Shown: positions 1 through 11,784, counted from the whole stretch's first letter. The stretch: DNA of 63,756 nt, filler included, from Octopus bimaculoides (GCF_001194135.2; 7 parts of 6 records of this genome joined end to end with filler, not necessarily neighbours in it), one strand, 5' to 3'. Numbers and translations: made by a program. The notes: generated from the sequence alone by a model not told the origin.

Positions 1-133
1 GACCAGGAAATTGTGTTGCAGGGAATTTAGATATTATGATCCTGAATTGTGTAGGGGACATGTACCACATGGTCCTATCCTTGAATGAATTCTGAATCTA
101 ATGTTAAGGTCGTTTCAGAAATCCTGATATATA

Positions 134-367
134 TATTTCTTTATTGCCCACAGAGGGGCTAAACATAGAGGGGACAAACAAGGACAGAGAAAGGGATTAA
201 TTCAATTACATCGACCCCAGTGCAAAACTGGTACTTATTTAATCGACCCCGAAAGAATGAAAGGCAAAGTCAACCTTGGCGGAATTTGAACTCAGAACAT
301 ACAGATAGACGAAATACCGCTAAGCATCTCACCCGGCGTGCTAACAAGTCTGCTTGCTCGCCACCCT
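134..367 (-). mobile_element. tRNA-headed SINE, family A (MetaSINE-like central domain)
   Basis: Reverse complement reads head ...GAAATGCTTAGCGGTATTTCGTC...GTTCTGAGTTCAAATTCCGCC, then GCCTTTCATTCTTTCGGGGTCGATTAAATAAGTACCAG. The same motif recurs more than 10 times in the window. Confidence 0.8.
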
Positions 368-382
368 AGCAATCCTGATATA

Positions 383-607
383 TACACAAAGGGTGCTGCA
401 AAGTTCCTGGCTTTGAGGGTGTCAAGAAAGGCCTGGCTGGAGGCCCAGCCTTCTGAGCTCTTTTATAGGACTTAGAAAAACTGAAGGACTGTTGCAATAA
501 GTTTGTGGATCTGAGATAGGGAGAATATGTTGACTAAAATCATATTTAATTGATCCGCCTGGATTTCCTTTTACCCAAAGCCAGGAACTTTTCAGCACCA
601 TGTCGTA
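383..607. mobile_element. Mariner-derived MITE
   Basis: TIRs GGTGCTGCAAAGTTCCTGGCTTT / AAAGCCAGGAACTTTTCAGCACC with TA flanks. A second copy lies at 34574-34865. Confidence 0.75.
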
Positions 608-974
608 TATCCTGTTTCCTTCTTTACATGAAGAGCTCACTTTTAACCTTCAGGAATGACCTAAATAGGATCAAATAAGTTCGTTACCTGAATTACCTGT
701 TCAGGTGTGTCATTAGATGACCTACTTCTGCAGACACTTCTTCAATTTATAAAGAATTGAACAAGATACTCTTTGTTTTATTCCTTGTTTCTCATAGAAT
801 ATATTCCAGTTTCGCAAACCTACAGCGTAAAGGTGGACATTGAGAAATAACATCAAGAATCTTTGGTTCTTCAATTGCCTGGAGCTACTTAAACAATGGC
901 TGCTCTTGGCATTGGTTGTGTCGGAACAATGCTTAGCACCAGATGGTTCACACAAGATTTGTACTAGATTGCTG

Positions 975-1265
975 ATGCTGTTGTTGTTATTGTTGTTGTT
1001 GTTGTCGGTGGTGGTGATGGTGGTGGTGTGGTGGTGGTGGTGTGGTGGTGGTGGTGTTGATCCTGTTATTTTTTATTAATGTTGTTGTTGTTGTTATTAT
1101 TGTTGTTCATGTTGTCAATGTTGTTATTGTTGCTGCTGCCGATGTTGACACTGCTAATGTTGTTGTTGATGATGATGATGATCATCATGATCATGATAAT
1201 GTGTTGTTATTGTTGTTGATAATGATGATGATGATGATGATGACAATGTTGTTGTGTTGTTGTTG
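975..1265. repeat. Compound (GTT)n/(GGT)n/(GAT)n microsatellite
   Basis: Direct reading. Confidence 0.9.
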
Positions 1266-2149
1266 ACAGTGCTGTTGTTATCATCGTTTAGCCTCCAGGT
1301 CAGCTCCAAATGAGAGCACCTACAGTCAAAGACCATTCTGCTGTCCATTCAGCCATGACCATTCTGCTGTCTCCCAGAAGTAGTGCCCCAAAATCTCAAT
1401 ATAAAAGGCATCCTTTATTTTTTTCCAAACAAAGATAACCAGGGAATTTTAGCTGCTGCTGTTAGCCAGTCAAATGTCCACAAAAAGCAGTGGTTCTCAG
1501 CCTATGAGGCACAAACAAATTTTGGTCATGGCATAATTCTGAAAGGGTCATGAAGACAAACTCTCTTTTGAAATATTATATAAATCATACAATCTTCATG
1601 AATATGTTGTTAAACAATAACATACAGGCATGAGGGCCAACCCACAACATTTACTGCAAACGAAAAGCTTAGAAAGTTTTCCCAAGAAAAGAGCCAAATG
1701 CCAATTTTATTAAATTTTAAAAACTGTTTTTTTTATCTAAATATTAAAAATATATTTAGAGGATTATTGAACTGCCAACAGAGGATTATTGAATTTGCAA
1801 AAGTAAAAGGTTGGAAATCACTATTATAGAAGCATTCTCAAATGTTTCTTTCTTTTCCTTGTGTAAGGTGGTGAGATAAAGTGTAAGTGAATTAGTAACT
1901 GTGTATTTGATTTCTTCTATAATGGTCATAGGAAAGGCATACCTTTCAAAACATCACATATTTTTCAAAGAGCATAGAAAAGTCTTTGATGTTTTGAGCT
2001 TATGCTCTTTGACAGAAAGGATTGATAGGGATAAAAAATGGAGAGAGAATGAAAATAAACCAGAGAGATTAATGGTTAAGATAATGGAGTTAATGGTTCA
2101 AGATAAAGATGTATATATGTATATATATATGTATATATATATGATTGAC

Positions 2150-2335
2150 CGTTGACTGAACACTATTCAATTTTTTTTCTCCGTGTTTTTCTCCTTGTCT
2201 CCGTATTCTTTCTGTTGAAGAGCGTAGCTCGAAACGTTAAAGACTTTCTGTATTCCCGAGCGTCATACTAATACATCCTTTTGTTGTTTACACCACCTGT
2301 CCTCATCTGTTGTTGTTTTTTTTCGTACATTCTCC
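2150..2335 (+). mobile_element. Short repeat with Penelope-type terminal motif (TGAAGAG...CTCGAAACGT)
   Basis: TTGAAGA-GCGTAGCTC-GAAACGTT at 2215-2238 resembles the PLE-associated hammerhead-like core. Flanks are microsatellites. Confidence 0.4.
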
Positions 2336-3019
2336 CATATATATATATACACACATACATACGACACAGTTCTTTCACTTTCCATCTACCAAATCCACTC
2401 CCACTGGCCCAAAGTGCCATACAGTGGGACATAATGTAAGACCAAGTGGTTGGGAAGCAAATTTCTTACCATACAACCATACTTCTGTCTTTTAGAGAAA
2501 ATAGACAAAATTAAATTGCAAAGTCTGGGCATGACTAAAAAGCATAACGTTGCCATGGCAACAGATTGCCAATACTAAAACAAAGACTTCAAGAGGTTAT
2601 AATAATTGATCACACCTGTTCTTCTTAGCGCCAGAGACTTTGGGTTCGCTTAATTATTAAAAATATCTGCAGGTTGAACAGTAAATACGTTAGACATGTT
2701 TATGAAATAAAACGATGAATGTATACAAATGAAACTGTAAACGATGTTTCTAATGAGATGACAACAGCTGTTAATTTATTTTTGAGGGACTTTACGCACT
2801 CACCTATTGATTAGTTCTTAAAAAGGTAATTGGTTCCACCTTGAAATTTGGTGAATGAAGATAGCTCTATAGTGCAGTGGGAGAGACCACACACACACAC
2901 ACGCACATTCTCGATTGTGTTGTTAGCTATATGTCTGTTTGTGTGTGTGTGTGTATGTATGTGTGTGCATGTGTGTGTGTGTGTGTGTGTGTGGTAATCT
3001 TTATACCCTACTCACTGTG

Positions 3020-3312
3020 AAAGGGCTGTTAGAACCAAATGCTGTAGAGGACCTCAATATTGCAATATTCCTTCTTTGTTACGTTCTCAAATCATGTTCC
3101 CGGTTTCCCTGGTGTATATATATTCATCACTGGGATGGGATGATAGTCCACCACAAGTACTACTCATTTTTTCCAGCCGAGTTGACTGGAGCAACGTGAA
3201 ATGAAGTGTCTTGCTTAAGGACACAAAGTGTCTCCCGGTCCAGGAATCAAAACCACAATCTTATGATCATGAGTCCTCTAACCTCTAACCACTAAGCCAC
3301 ATGCCTCCACTC
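3020..3312 (-). mobile_element. tRNA-headed SINE, family C
   Basis: Minus strand GTGGAGGCATGTGGCTTAGTGGTTAG (A-box) ... TTGATTCCTGG (B-box-like), then GTGTCCTTAAGCAAGACACTT. Confidence 0.65.
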
Positions 3313-3399
3313 AGCAGTATTCGTCATTCTAACATTACACAGACACACAGACATTGAGACATACAGATTGCTATATATATATATATATATATATATAAG

Positions 3400-3623
3400 C
3401 GAAATCGTGATGGCACCTGTGCCCAGCGTCACCTTTCTGGCACTTGTGCTGGTGGCACATGTAAAGACATTTGAGTGAGATCGTTGCCAGTGCCGCTGGA
3501 CTGGCTCCTGTGCAGGTAGCATGTAAAATACACCATTTTGAGTGGGGCCGTTGCCAGTACCGCCTGACTGGCCTTTGTGCCGGTGGCACATAAAAGCATC
3601 AACTACACTCTCGGAGTGCTTGG
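3400..3623 (+). mobile_element. SINE body with ~60-bp internal subrepeats (Nin-domain-like family)
   Basis: GTGC(C/T/A)GGT(G/A)GCA(C/T)...TAAA...GTTGCCAGT unit repeated about 3 times, ending CACTCTCGGAGTGCTTGG at the gap. Confidence 0.55.
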
Positions 3624-3823
3624 NNNNNNNNNNNNNNNNNNNNNNNNNNNNNNNNNNNNNNNNNNNNNNNNNNNNNNNNNNNNNNNNNNNNNNNNNNNNN
3701 NNNNNNNNNNNNNNNNNNNNNNNNNNNNNNNNNNNNNNNNNNNNNNNNNNNNNNNNNNNNNNNNNNNNNNNNNNNNNNNNNNNNNNNNNNNNNNNNNNNN
3801 NNNNNNNNNNNNNNNNNNNNNNA

Positions 3824-3855
<32 letters not shown>

Positions 3856-3942
3856 AGGTAAGTTTCCAAATTTGGTTGGTAGTGATATACAATGATAGCA
3901 GGTACCATATTCATTTTTACCAATTAATAATGTAGGCTAACC

Positions 3943-4100
3943 AAGGCAGTGAGCTAGCAGAGACATTAGCATGATGAGCCAAATGCTCAGCAGTATTTCG
4001 TCTCTCTTAATGTTCTGAGTTCAAATTCCGCTGAGGTCAACCTTGCCTTTCATCCTTTCGGGGGCAGGGGGCAACAAATTCAGTACGAGTTGTGTACTGT
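3943..4100 (+). mobile_element. SINE family A, CpG-decayed copy
   Basis: GGCAGTGAGCTAGCAG...GTTCTGAGTTCAAATTCCGCTGAGGTCAACCTTGCCTTTCATCCTTTCGGG. Confidence 0.75.
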
Positions 4101-4269
4101 ATATATATATGTATATGTATTTATATATATATATATATATATATATAGTAATAATAACAATGATCCTTGGATGAAATTTATAACCATTTTAATGCATCTT
4201 TACTCATGTTTCCACATATCAGATGTCTCTTAAGATCACAGTCTGTATTCCTGCAATGGTTACAGTGTA

Positions 4270-4440
4270 GTCCGTAGTATATATATATGATGGGCTTCTT
4301 TCAGTTTCCCTCTCCAAAATCCATTCACAATTTCTTTGGTTGGCCTGGCTATAGTAAAGAACAGTTGCCCAAGATACCACACAATGAGACAGAACCAGGA
4401 ACCATATGGTTGGGGAAGCAAAGTTTTTAACCACACAGCC
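4270..4440 (-). mobile_element. tRNA-headed SINE family B, partial
   Basis: GGGCTTCTTTCAGTTTCC...AAATCCATTCACAA...CCCAAG...ACCACACAGCC is the reverse complement of the family B head and core. Confidence 0.7.
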
Positions 4441-5364
4441 AGTTCTGCATCTATCTATTCATTTATCTTTAATAGATCAATCTAGAAGCGGAATACAACT
4501 TGGCATATTTCTTTTTTTTTATGTTAATAATCCCCAGAAAAAAGATATTAATGACCGATTTACTGCGAGATATAAGACAATAATATTACACTGAATCAAA
4601 GGAAACCAGTATTTATACACACACACACACATATATATAATATATATATATAATATATATATGTATATATATATATANNNNNNNNNNNNNNNNNNNNNNN
4701 NNNNNNNNNNNNNNNNNNNNNNNNNNNNNNNNNNNNNNNNNNNNNNNNNNNNNNNNNNNNNNNNNNNNNNNNNNNNNNNNNNNNNNNNNNNNNNNNNNNN
4801 NNNNNNNNNNNNNNNNNNNNNNNNNNNNNNNNNNNNNNNNNNNNNNNNNNNNNNNNNNNNNNNNNNNNNNNNNNNNNNNNNNNNNNNNNNNNNNNNNNNN
4901 NNNNNNNNNNNNNNNNNNNNNNNNNNNNNNNNNNNNNNNNNNNNNNNNNNNNNNNNNNNNNNNNNNNNNNNNNNNNNNNNNNNNNNNNNNNNNNNNNNNN
5001 NNNNNNNNNNNNNNNNNNNNNNNNNNNNNNNNNNNNNNNNNNNNNNNNNNNNNNNNNNNNNNNNNNNNNNNNNNNNNNNNNNNNNNNNNNNNNNNNNNNN
5101 NNNNNNNNNNNNNNNNNNNNNNNNNNNNNNNNNNNNNNNNNNNNNNNNNNNNNNNNNNNNNNNNNNNNNNNNNNNNNNNNNNNNNNNNNNNNNNNNNNNN
5201 NNNNNNNNNNNNNNNNNNNNNNNNNNNNNNNNNNNNNNNNNNNNNNNNNNNNNNNNNNNNNNNNNNNNNNNNNNNNNNNNNNNNNNNNNNNNNNNNNNNN
5301 NNNNNNNNNNNNNNNNNNNNNNNNNATATATATATATATATATATATAGTATGCGCATAGGCAC

Positions 5365-5765
5365 AGGCATGGCTGTGTGGTAAGAACTTTGCTTCCCAAC
5401 CACATGCTTTCGGGTTCAGTCCTACAGCATGGCACCTTGGGCAAGTGTCTTCTACTATAGCCTTAGGACAACCAGAACCTTGTGAGTGAATTTGGTTGAT
5501 GGAAACTGAAAGAAGCCCAAAATGCATATGTATTTATTTGTGTGTGTATCTGTTTGTCCCACATACTGCTTGACAAACGATGTTGAGGTGCTTATGTCCT
5601 CATATTCTAGCGGTTCAGCAATAGGGAATGACAGAGTAAGTCCCAGGTTAAGAAATATTAAGCGAAAGTGTGGATCTATTTGACTCAACAATTCTTCAAG
5701 TCCGTGCCCCAGCATGGCCACAATCCAATGACTGTAACAAACAAAAGATAAAAGAATAAAGAAAA
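5365..5765 (+). mobile_element. tRNA-headed SINE family B, near full length
   Basis: GGCTGTGTGGTAAG (A-box), GGGTTCAGTCC (B-box), GGCACCTTGGGCAAGTGTCTT core, (TG)n, 3' part ...CCAGCATGGCCACA...AAAAGATAAAAG. Confidence 0.8.
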
Positions 5766-6734
5766 CATCTATCTCACCATTCCTGGAGATCTGTGAATGT
5801 CTTAATTGAAGCTCAATTCCCACCGACTGGAAAATGGTAAAATATAAAAAAAGAATATTGTTTGGAATGTCATGGAACCATCTTTGGTAGGATTTATTCA
5901 GTTTGTGTGCTATTGTAGGAATGGATCCTTATGTTTTATTGGTGCTGATAACTACTCTCATGGCAGTTGATGTGTAAAACCTGAACATCACTGACCTTCT
6001 GAAGCAGGAATGGGTAACCTTGAAATGGGCCACATGAGGCACGGTTCATCATCAGATAGTCCACACTACAACCCCCCCCCCAAAAAAAAACCAAGGTTAA
6101 TATTCATTGTCGTGCCATTTAGACAGTTCCATGGGTTGTGGTTTACCCAAGACAGTTCCAAAGGATGTTTTGACTCAGGGCCTCTTTGAGAAATTTTAAA
6201 GGTGAAACAAGACTACTTTTGAGTTCCCTGGAGGCACATGATTCCCTAGAGTCATCAGAGACAGGTTATCACAAAAAATTCAAAGTGGAGGAAAGGGGTC
6301 TTTCAGATGTTTATTGAGCCCTGGATTAATACATAGACAGAGCCCCACTCTTATAGGTTCTGTTCAAACTTAATTTGTTTCCTGGTTTATCCCCACTGGC
6401 ACCATCACCACCACAGTCACCATCTCTGCTGCCACCACCACCTCCATCACTGCCACCCCTGCTGCTGGCACCACTGTCGCCACCACCAGGTCCTTCAATG
6501 CTTTTAGCAATGTCCACTCTGTTGCAACTATTTGAACTTGTCTGAGAATAAGCACCCGACTACTTTCAGACCTCCCAAAACTGCTAAACTTATCAGGAAA
6601 TATATAATTGAAATAGAAAATATCAGGAAATTAAAGAATGGTATTTCATTTCCAATAAAAGTCTGTTCCTGTGTCACCTTCTTTAGGATGATGGCATCTT
6701 CTGATCATATCTGGGAATATTATGGAGACAATTA

Positions 6735-7160
6735 AGGCAGCCATCTGGCAGAATCATTAGTACACTTTGCAAAATGCTTCTGAGTTCAAATTCCACTGGG
6801 GTTGGCTCCACCTTTCATCCTCTTGGGGTCGATAAAATAAATACCAGTTGAGCACTGGGGTCAAAGTAATCGACTTACACCTCCCCACAAATTGCTGGCC
6901 TTGTGCCAAAATTTGAAACTAATGTTACAGGGATATTTAAGGCAGCGAGCTGGAAGAATTGTTAACATACTGGACAAAATGCTTCGTGGAATTTCATGTA
7001 TCTTTACATTCTAAGTTCAAATTCCGCCGAAGTCGACTTTGCCTTTCATCCTTTTGAGGGTCAATAATATAAGTACCAGTACCAGATGGATACTGGGGTT
7101 GGTCTGATCAATTTAGAAACTCCTCTGGAATTACTGGCCTTGTGCCAAAATTTGAAATAA
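6735..7160 (+). mobile_element. Two head-to-tail SINE family A copies
   Basis: Two consecutive heads (6735, ~6938), each with AGTTCAAATTCC, CCTTTCATCC and a 3' GCTGGCCTTGTGCCAAAATTTGAAA. Confidence 0.75.
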
Positions 7161-7299
7161 ATATTACTGAAAGATTTCTTTAACTTCCCTGCTTACCATT
7201 TAATTTGGAATTTGTGTTTCCTTGAAGCCTGATGTAAAGAAATTCTGTTTCTTCTCTATCATTTTGTCTGTTGAAACTACAAAAACAAAACAATATCGT

Positions 7300-7790
7300 C
7301 TGCAAAAATGAAAGCTTCCGTCGTCTGTCTACCAATCTATAATTAGAATTCTGGTGAAAACCCGGCCCTTTTTCACCAGGTCGTTGACCAGTCTCTTCTT
7401 TATGGATTAATCTTGGAAGTCAAGGAAGGAATTCAGGAATTATTCTGAGAACAATTAAATAGACAGACAGACACTTGTTTTCATAAGGCTTCCTCGTATA
7501 TTCGGATTGTTATGCTAGACGCAAACATTATCTAATAAACAGCTAATCAAATCGAGTCATCAAATATCTCCTGTACTGATTATTCTCGTCTGTGCTTGAT
7601 ATCGCATATTGCGCAGTGGTTTTATTAACTGATGTAATATTAATTAATTGTGTCGATATCAATGGAATAACAGCTGAGATGAAGGGAAGTAATCGAAAGT
7701 GTGTTCTTAAGAGTTACGTCCCCCTGTTCTGACCATTGTTTACTAGCGCCACTTGGTACTTCCGATCAGAGGCACAAGATGGCGGACTCC
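7300..7790. promoter_or_regulatory. Candidate CpG-rich promoter with YY1-type motif over the start codon
   Basis: CpG-containing unique sequence. CAAGATGGCGG at 7775-7785 matches the YY1 consensus and contains the ATG of the downstream ORF. Confidence 0.4.
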
Positions 7791-8508
7791 AGTACTAATG
7801 CCGATTTACCTCCACCAACATCCTCGCATCATAACGAAACAGCTTCTGTAGCTGTGGTGGATCTGGAGGAAGACGTTCAACAACCAAATGGGAACGATAC
7901 AAATACAACTACAACGGCGACAACAGATAAAAGAAGCTGTGCGTCTTCAACACCTAAACACAGTAGTAATAATAATAATAATAATAATCATTCACAACAA
8001 CAACGGCGAGAGGACGACGAAGTGGAGACTGACGAAGAAAACATGTGTGGTGTTGAAGATGACCACCTTGAAGAAGAAGAAGAAGAACACGATGACGATC
8101 AAAATCAAGCAGAAGATCAAGATATTGATATGCAAAGTCATCTCGATGCTCTGCAAGTTGTTTGTACGGCAGCAACGAACTCTGCCTCCTCGGAAGGAGA
8201 AGACGGCTGTTCCTCCTCTTTTAATTTTCACATGGAAAACAAACACACTCAAAGAAAAACAGACACAGATATGAGAACGTTAAGTTCGTATTTGAAATCT
8301 TTAAATGAAAGCCGTAACCCGGAGAGGATACCACCGGATGAACTCGACAATTATTTATCAAGTTTTTTCATGGTTGTCCGAAAAGCAGATGGAAGCGAAT
8401 ATGAACCAAAAACGTTAAGAGCAATTATGGCCAGCATCGAACGCTATTTAAGATGCAGAAATTACCCAGCTTCTATTACTAGGGACTATATATTTTCTAA
8501 AACTAGAG
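7779..8508 (+). CDS. Crypton tyrosine-recombinase-derived protein (DUF3504 family; KIAA1958/QRICH1/ZMYM/KCTD1-like), 5' part, truncated by assembly linker
   Basis: Uninterrupted ORF MADSSTNADL... with an acidic, N-rich low-complexity N-terminus, then TQRKTDTDMRTLSSYL...ERIPPDELDNYLSSFFMVVRKADGSEYEPKTLRAIMASIERYLR. This matches the L..YL..FF..VRK.DG..YEP.TL....SI.RYL signature of the family's N-terminal domain. Confidence 0.8.
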
Positions 8509-8608
8509 NNNNNNNNNNNNNNNNNNNNNNNNNNNNNNNNNNNNNNNNNNNNTTAATTAATTAANNNNNNNNNNNNNNNNNNNNNNNNNNNNNNNNNNNN
8601 NNNNNNNN
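8509..8608. other. Artificial 100-bp scaffold linker (44N-TTAATTAATTAA-44N)
   Basis: Palindromic 12-mer with stops in all six frames, centred in Ns and identical at six sites. Confidence 0.9.
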
Positions 8609-8617
8609 TATATAATA

Positions 8618-11419
8618 TTAGCTGACGTACCCGGTAATTCCCGGAAAAGCGGGGCTTATCCATTGGTTCCATTCGCATTATTGTTTCGCGAATCCAGTAA
8701 CAACAATACGAAGTTTATAGCATTTAAAACTGTTTTTGAGCATTTACAGAGAATATAGAACCGCCTTACATAGGATCGTGATTTTAGGAAATCCCAATAT
8801 GTTATAAATATCCGAATCGTGAAGTCTGTTACAAAATGACATGAAATTAGTTACCCGATAGTAAGAATTCAAATAAAGTAACCCCGAAAGGGCTTCAATA
8901 CGTTCCCAGGAATTAGGAGGAAATTTGTATCAAAATCGTGAAACATGTTACGTAATAAGAGACTAATCAGATATGAGATAATAACAATTCAAAGTAAGTC
9001 TGAAAAGGAATTTTGTGTATTCCCAGAGAATATAACTCTAAGGGCCCCAGTGTTGAAATAGATTTACAATGAATGTAGAAACGGACTGACATTTAGTTTT
9101 ACAGTAGACATACAAATAAAGTTGCATATAGATTTTAAAATAAAATATGTAGATTATCAATACATCTACAGCACTTACCAATATTACACTTAAATAATAA
9201 ATACCTGATAATTTGGTGAATCTTATTAAGTTTGCACAGCTTCTTGATAAACATTTTGGTCGTTGTTTGTGGGGCATAAAGAAACAAATGATACGGATTG
9301 CCGATTCTTGAGCATGTCACATAAAGTTGGCCATTGGAGAAAACTGGTTCCGCAAGGTTCAGACCTACCACATCTAAGGACTACCCCCGGGCCTTGTTAA
9401 TGCTCATTGCAAAGCTCAGTTTCAACAGGAATTGCAGGCACTTCTACTGGAAAAGCATACCCGAGGTATTAATTGGTATTCTAGGAATGAATACAGGCTC
9501 ACTGTTTGCTTTACCAGTCAAAATTGTTGTCTCCAAGACTGTTGGTATCATCTTTATTATAAGTCGTGTGCCATGGCAAAGCCTTGGTGGTAAGAGGTTT
9601 CGAAGCAGCATAACTGGTGCCCCAATCTTGAGGTGCAAGTTTTGGAGTGGGAGGCCGGGTGGTGGCAGACGATTCAGGAATGTATCTAGATATTTCACAG
9701 CTTTATTGATGTTGAGTACAATGTCAATGGACTTGTAGTTGTGACGCTCACCTGGCCACTGTTCCAGAAGTTTGATGTTCAAATCATCAACTTTCACATT
9801 CTTTGGCGCTAAAATGTCACGGGTTTTTACCCAGTTATGTTCTGTATACTGATGTCTCAAGTTAGGAACCACCTTATTCATGCGTTCCTTTAAATAAGAT
9901 ACCACATGTCCAAAAGCAATCTTACCCAGCCATCCTTCTCGCCACCCGAAGTGCCATTACTGACATCCAACAGTTGCTATGAAAACATATTCCGTCTGTT
10001 ACATTACCATGAGTTGCAGTCGCATGTTGGTTGTGAGGCTCAGCTTTTGCTCACTGCTGCATAGGAAGGACCACAATATGTTGGCTTTTACCTCATCAGT
10101 TCTTGTCCCCTGTGGAACCACAGGAAGGGTTTTTCTAAAGTATCCTGCAATCAAGAGTGTGGCACCTCCCACGGGCCTGGTATTGTGTCTCAGATCCTGA
10201 TAGACCATGTCAAGTGCTTCAAAGGAAATCTTTTTGCTCATCGTCGCTTCATCCCAGATGATCAACCTGCATTCACCCAGAAGTTTGCTTTTATAGAACC
10301 ACGACTGATGTTGCAGTTTGGTTTCTCTTTCGTGGACAGGTCCAAACAGAGTTTGAAAAAGGAAATAGCTGTGGGGCCACCACTTAGAACAGCTGCAGCT
10401 ATTCCACTTGACGTGACGGTTATGGCGCTGTGTTTCCTTTGGTGCAGTTAAGCCAGAAGAACATTGATGACAAATGTCTTGCCAGTTTCACCTGGAGCAT
10501 CCAGAAGGAAAGTCCTCTTCTCTCACTTTCAAAGCTTGAGATAATAGTCTTATAAACAGCCAGTTGGTTCTCCAGTTTGTGTTCGTTATCAGCTATATAC
10601 ACCGTCTTCTTTCGATATCGTAGCTGATTTCTCGCAAGTACTCAATTAGGAGATAGTCTGCCGCATCCTACGGTTGCGTCGGACCAAATGTGGCAAGGCC
10701 TTGACCTCTCTTAGCTTGCACTCCAATGTCTAGGTTAAGTAATGCTTCATTGTAAATGGCGTTATTGAACGTGGCAATTTCCTCTGAGGTTTACCTTTGA
10801 ATCCTTCGTAGGATGCCATCTGCCATGCTGGTTTCTTGGGAGGTTCACCCAAATCACATGTCATCGGCAAACAGATAACCCTGGCATAATTTGAAGAAGG
10901 CTGTCTAAGTGGGTTTTGGTGGTTTCAGAACTACGTTTCGAGCAATGGCTTCTATGATAATATACACGCTGGCCATTTTCAAAATATACAGGTAGATAAA
11001 CCACTGTTGGATATCGCCCGTGGATTTCGAAGCCAAGGATGCGCCACATTGCCTCGTTAGAGGAAATATACCTACCCAACTTATATTGCTGAATTTCGTC
11101 TGCCTGCCTGCCTTCCTGTTCAAGTCGATAAACCCTTATCGATGTATTTACATACATATTTAATAGTTTTTATAGAGATGCGTTACTCAACATTAACATA
11201 GGCCTGCAATGTTTTAGGCAGCAATGAGTTAGAGGGCATTATCCACATGTTATGATTAAAGGAAAATGAATAGGCTATTTCCATTGGCTTTTAAAGCAAA
11301 ATATATGGATGTGGATGCCTTCTAGGGGCACTATCCATCCAATTATAGATTTTTATTACACTTCACTGTGCCTCGTATTAAATTTGGGTGTTACCTTAAC
11401 AAATTTGCAAAATTTCACG
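8618..11419 (-). mobile_element. Helitron (decayed, 5' end lost in gap)
   Basis: Minus-strand 3' terminus: hairpin TCCGG-GAATTA-CCGGG (8630-8645), then 12 nt ending CTAA|T at 8618. RepHel fragments lie upstream. Confidence 0.9.
9135..11235 (-). pseudogene. Helitron Rep/PIF1 helicase pseudogene
   Basis: Rep Y2 motif NVE*..SIKTIKYVCKYIDKG (~11132-11195); DEIQQYKLGRYISSNEAMWRILGF; Walker A LDAPGETGKTF (~10480-10515); IIWDEATMSK; ILAPKN; LHLKIGAPVMLLRNL; VFSNGQLYVTCSR. Many stops and frameshifts. Confidence 0.92.
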
Positions 11420-11784
11420 NNNNNNNNNNNNNNNNNNNNNNNNNNNNNNNNNNNNNNNNNNNNNNNNNNNNNNNNNNNNNNNNNNNNNNNNNNNNNNNNN
11501 NNNNNNNNNNNNNNNNNNNNNNNNNNNNNNNNNNNNNNNNNNNNNNNNNNNNNNNNNNNNNNNNNNNNNNNNNNNNNNNNNNNNNNNNNNNNNNNNNNNN
11601 NNNNNNNNNNNNNNNNNNNNNNNNNNNNNNNNNNNNNNNNNNNNNNNNNNNNNNNNNNNNNNNNNNNNNNNNNNNNNNNNNNNNNNNNNNNNNNNNNNNN
11701 NNNNNNNNNNNNNNNNNNNNNNNNNNNNNNNNNNNNNNNNNNNNNNNNNNNNNNNNNNNNNNNNNNNNNNNNNNNNNNNNNNNN

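Noticed and set aside
690-955. Minus-strand exon(s) with CAG|GTAATT and CAG|GTAACG donors
   Set aside because: No convincing acceptor and open-frame combination, and no recognisable homology.
8553-8564. TTAATTAATTAA as a biological site (homeobox or PacI)
   Set aside because: It always sits exactly centred in 88 Ns, so it is a synthetic six-frame-stop spacer.
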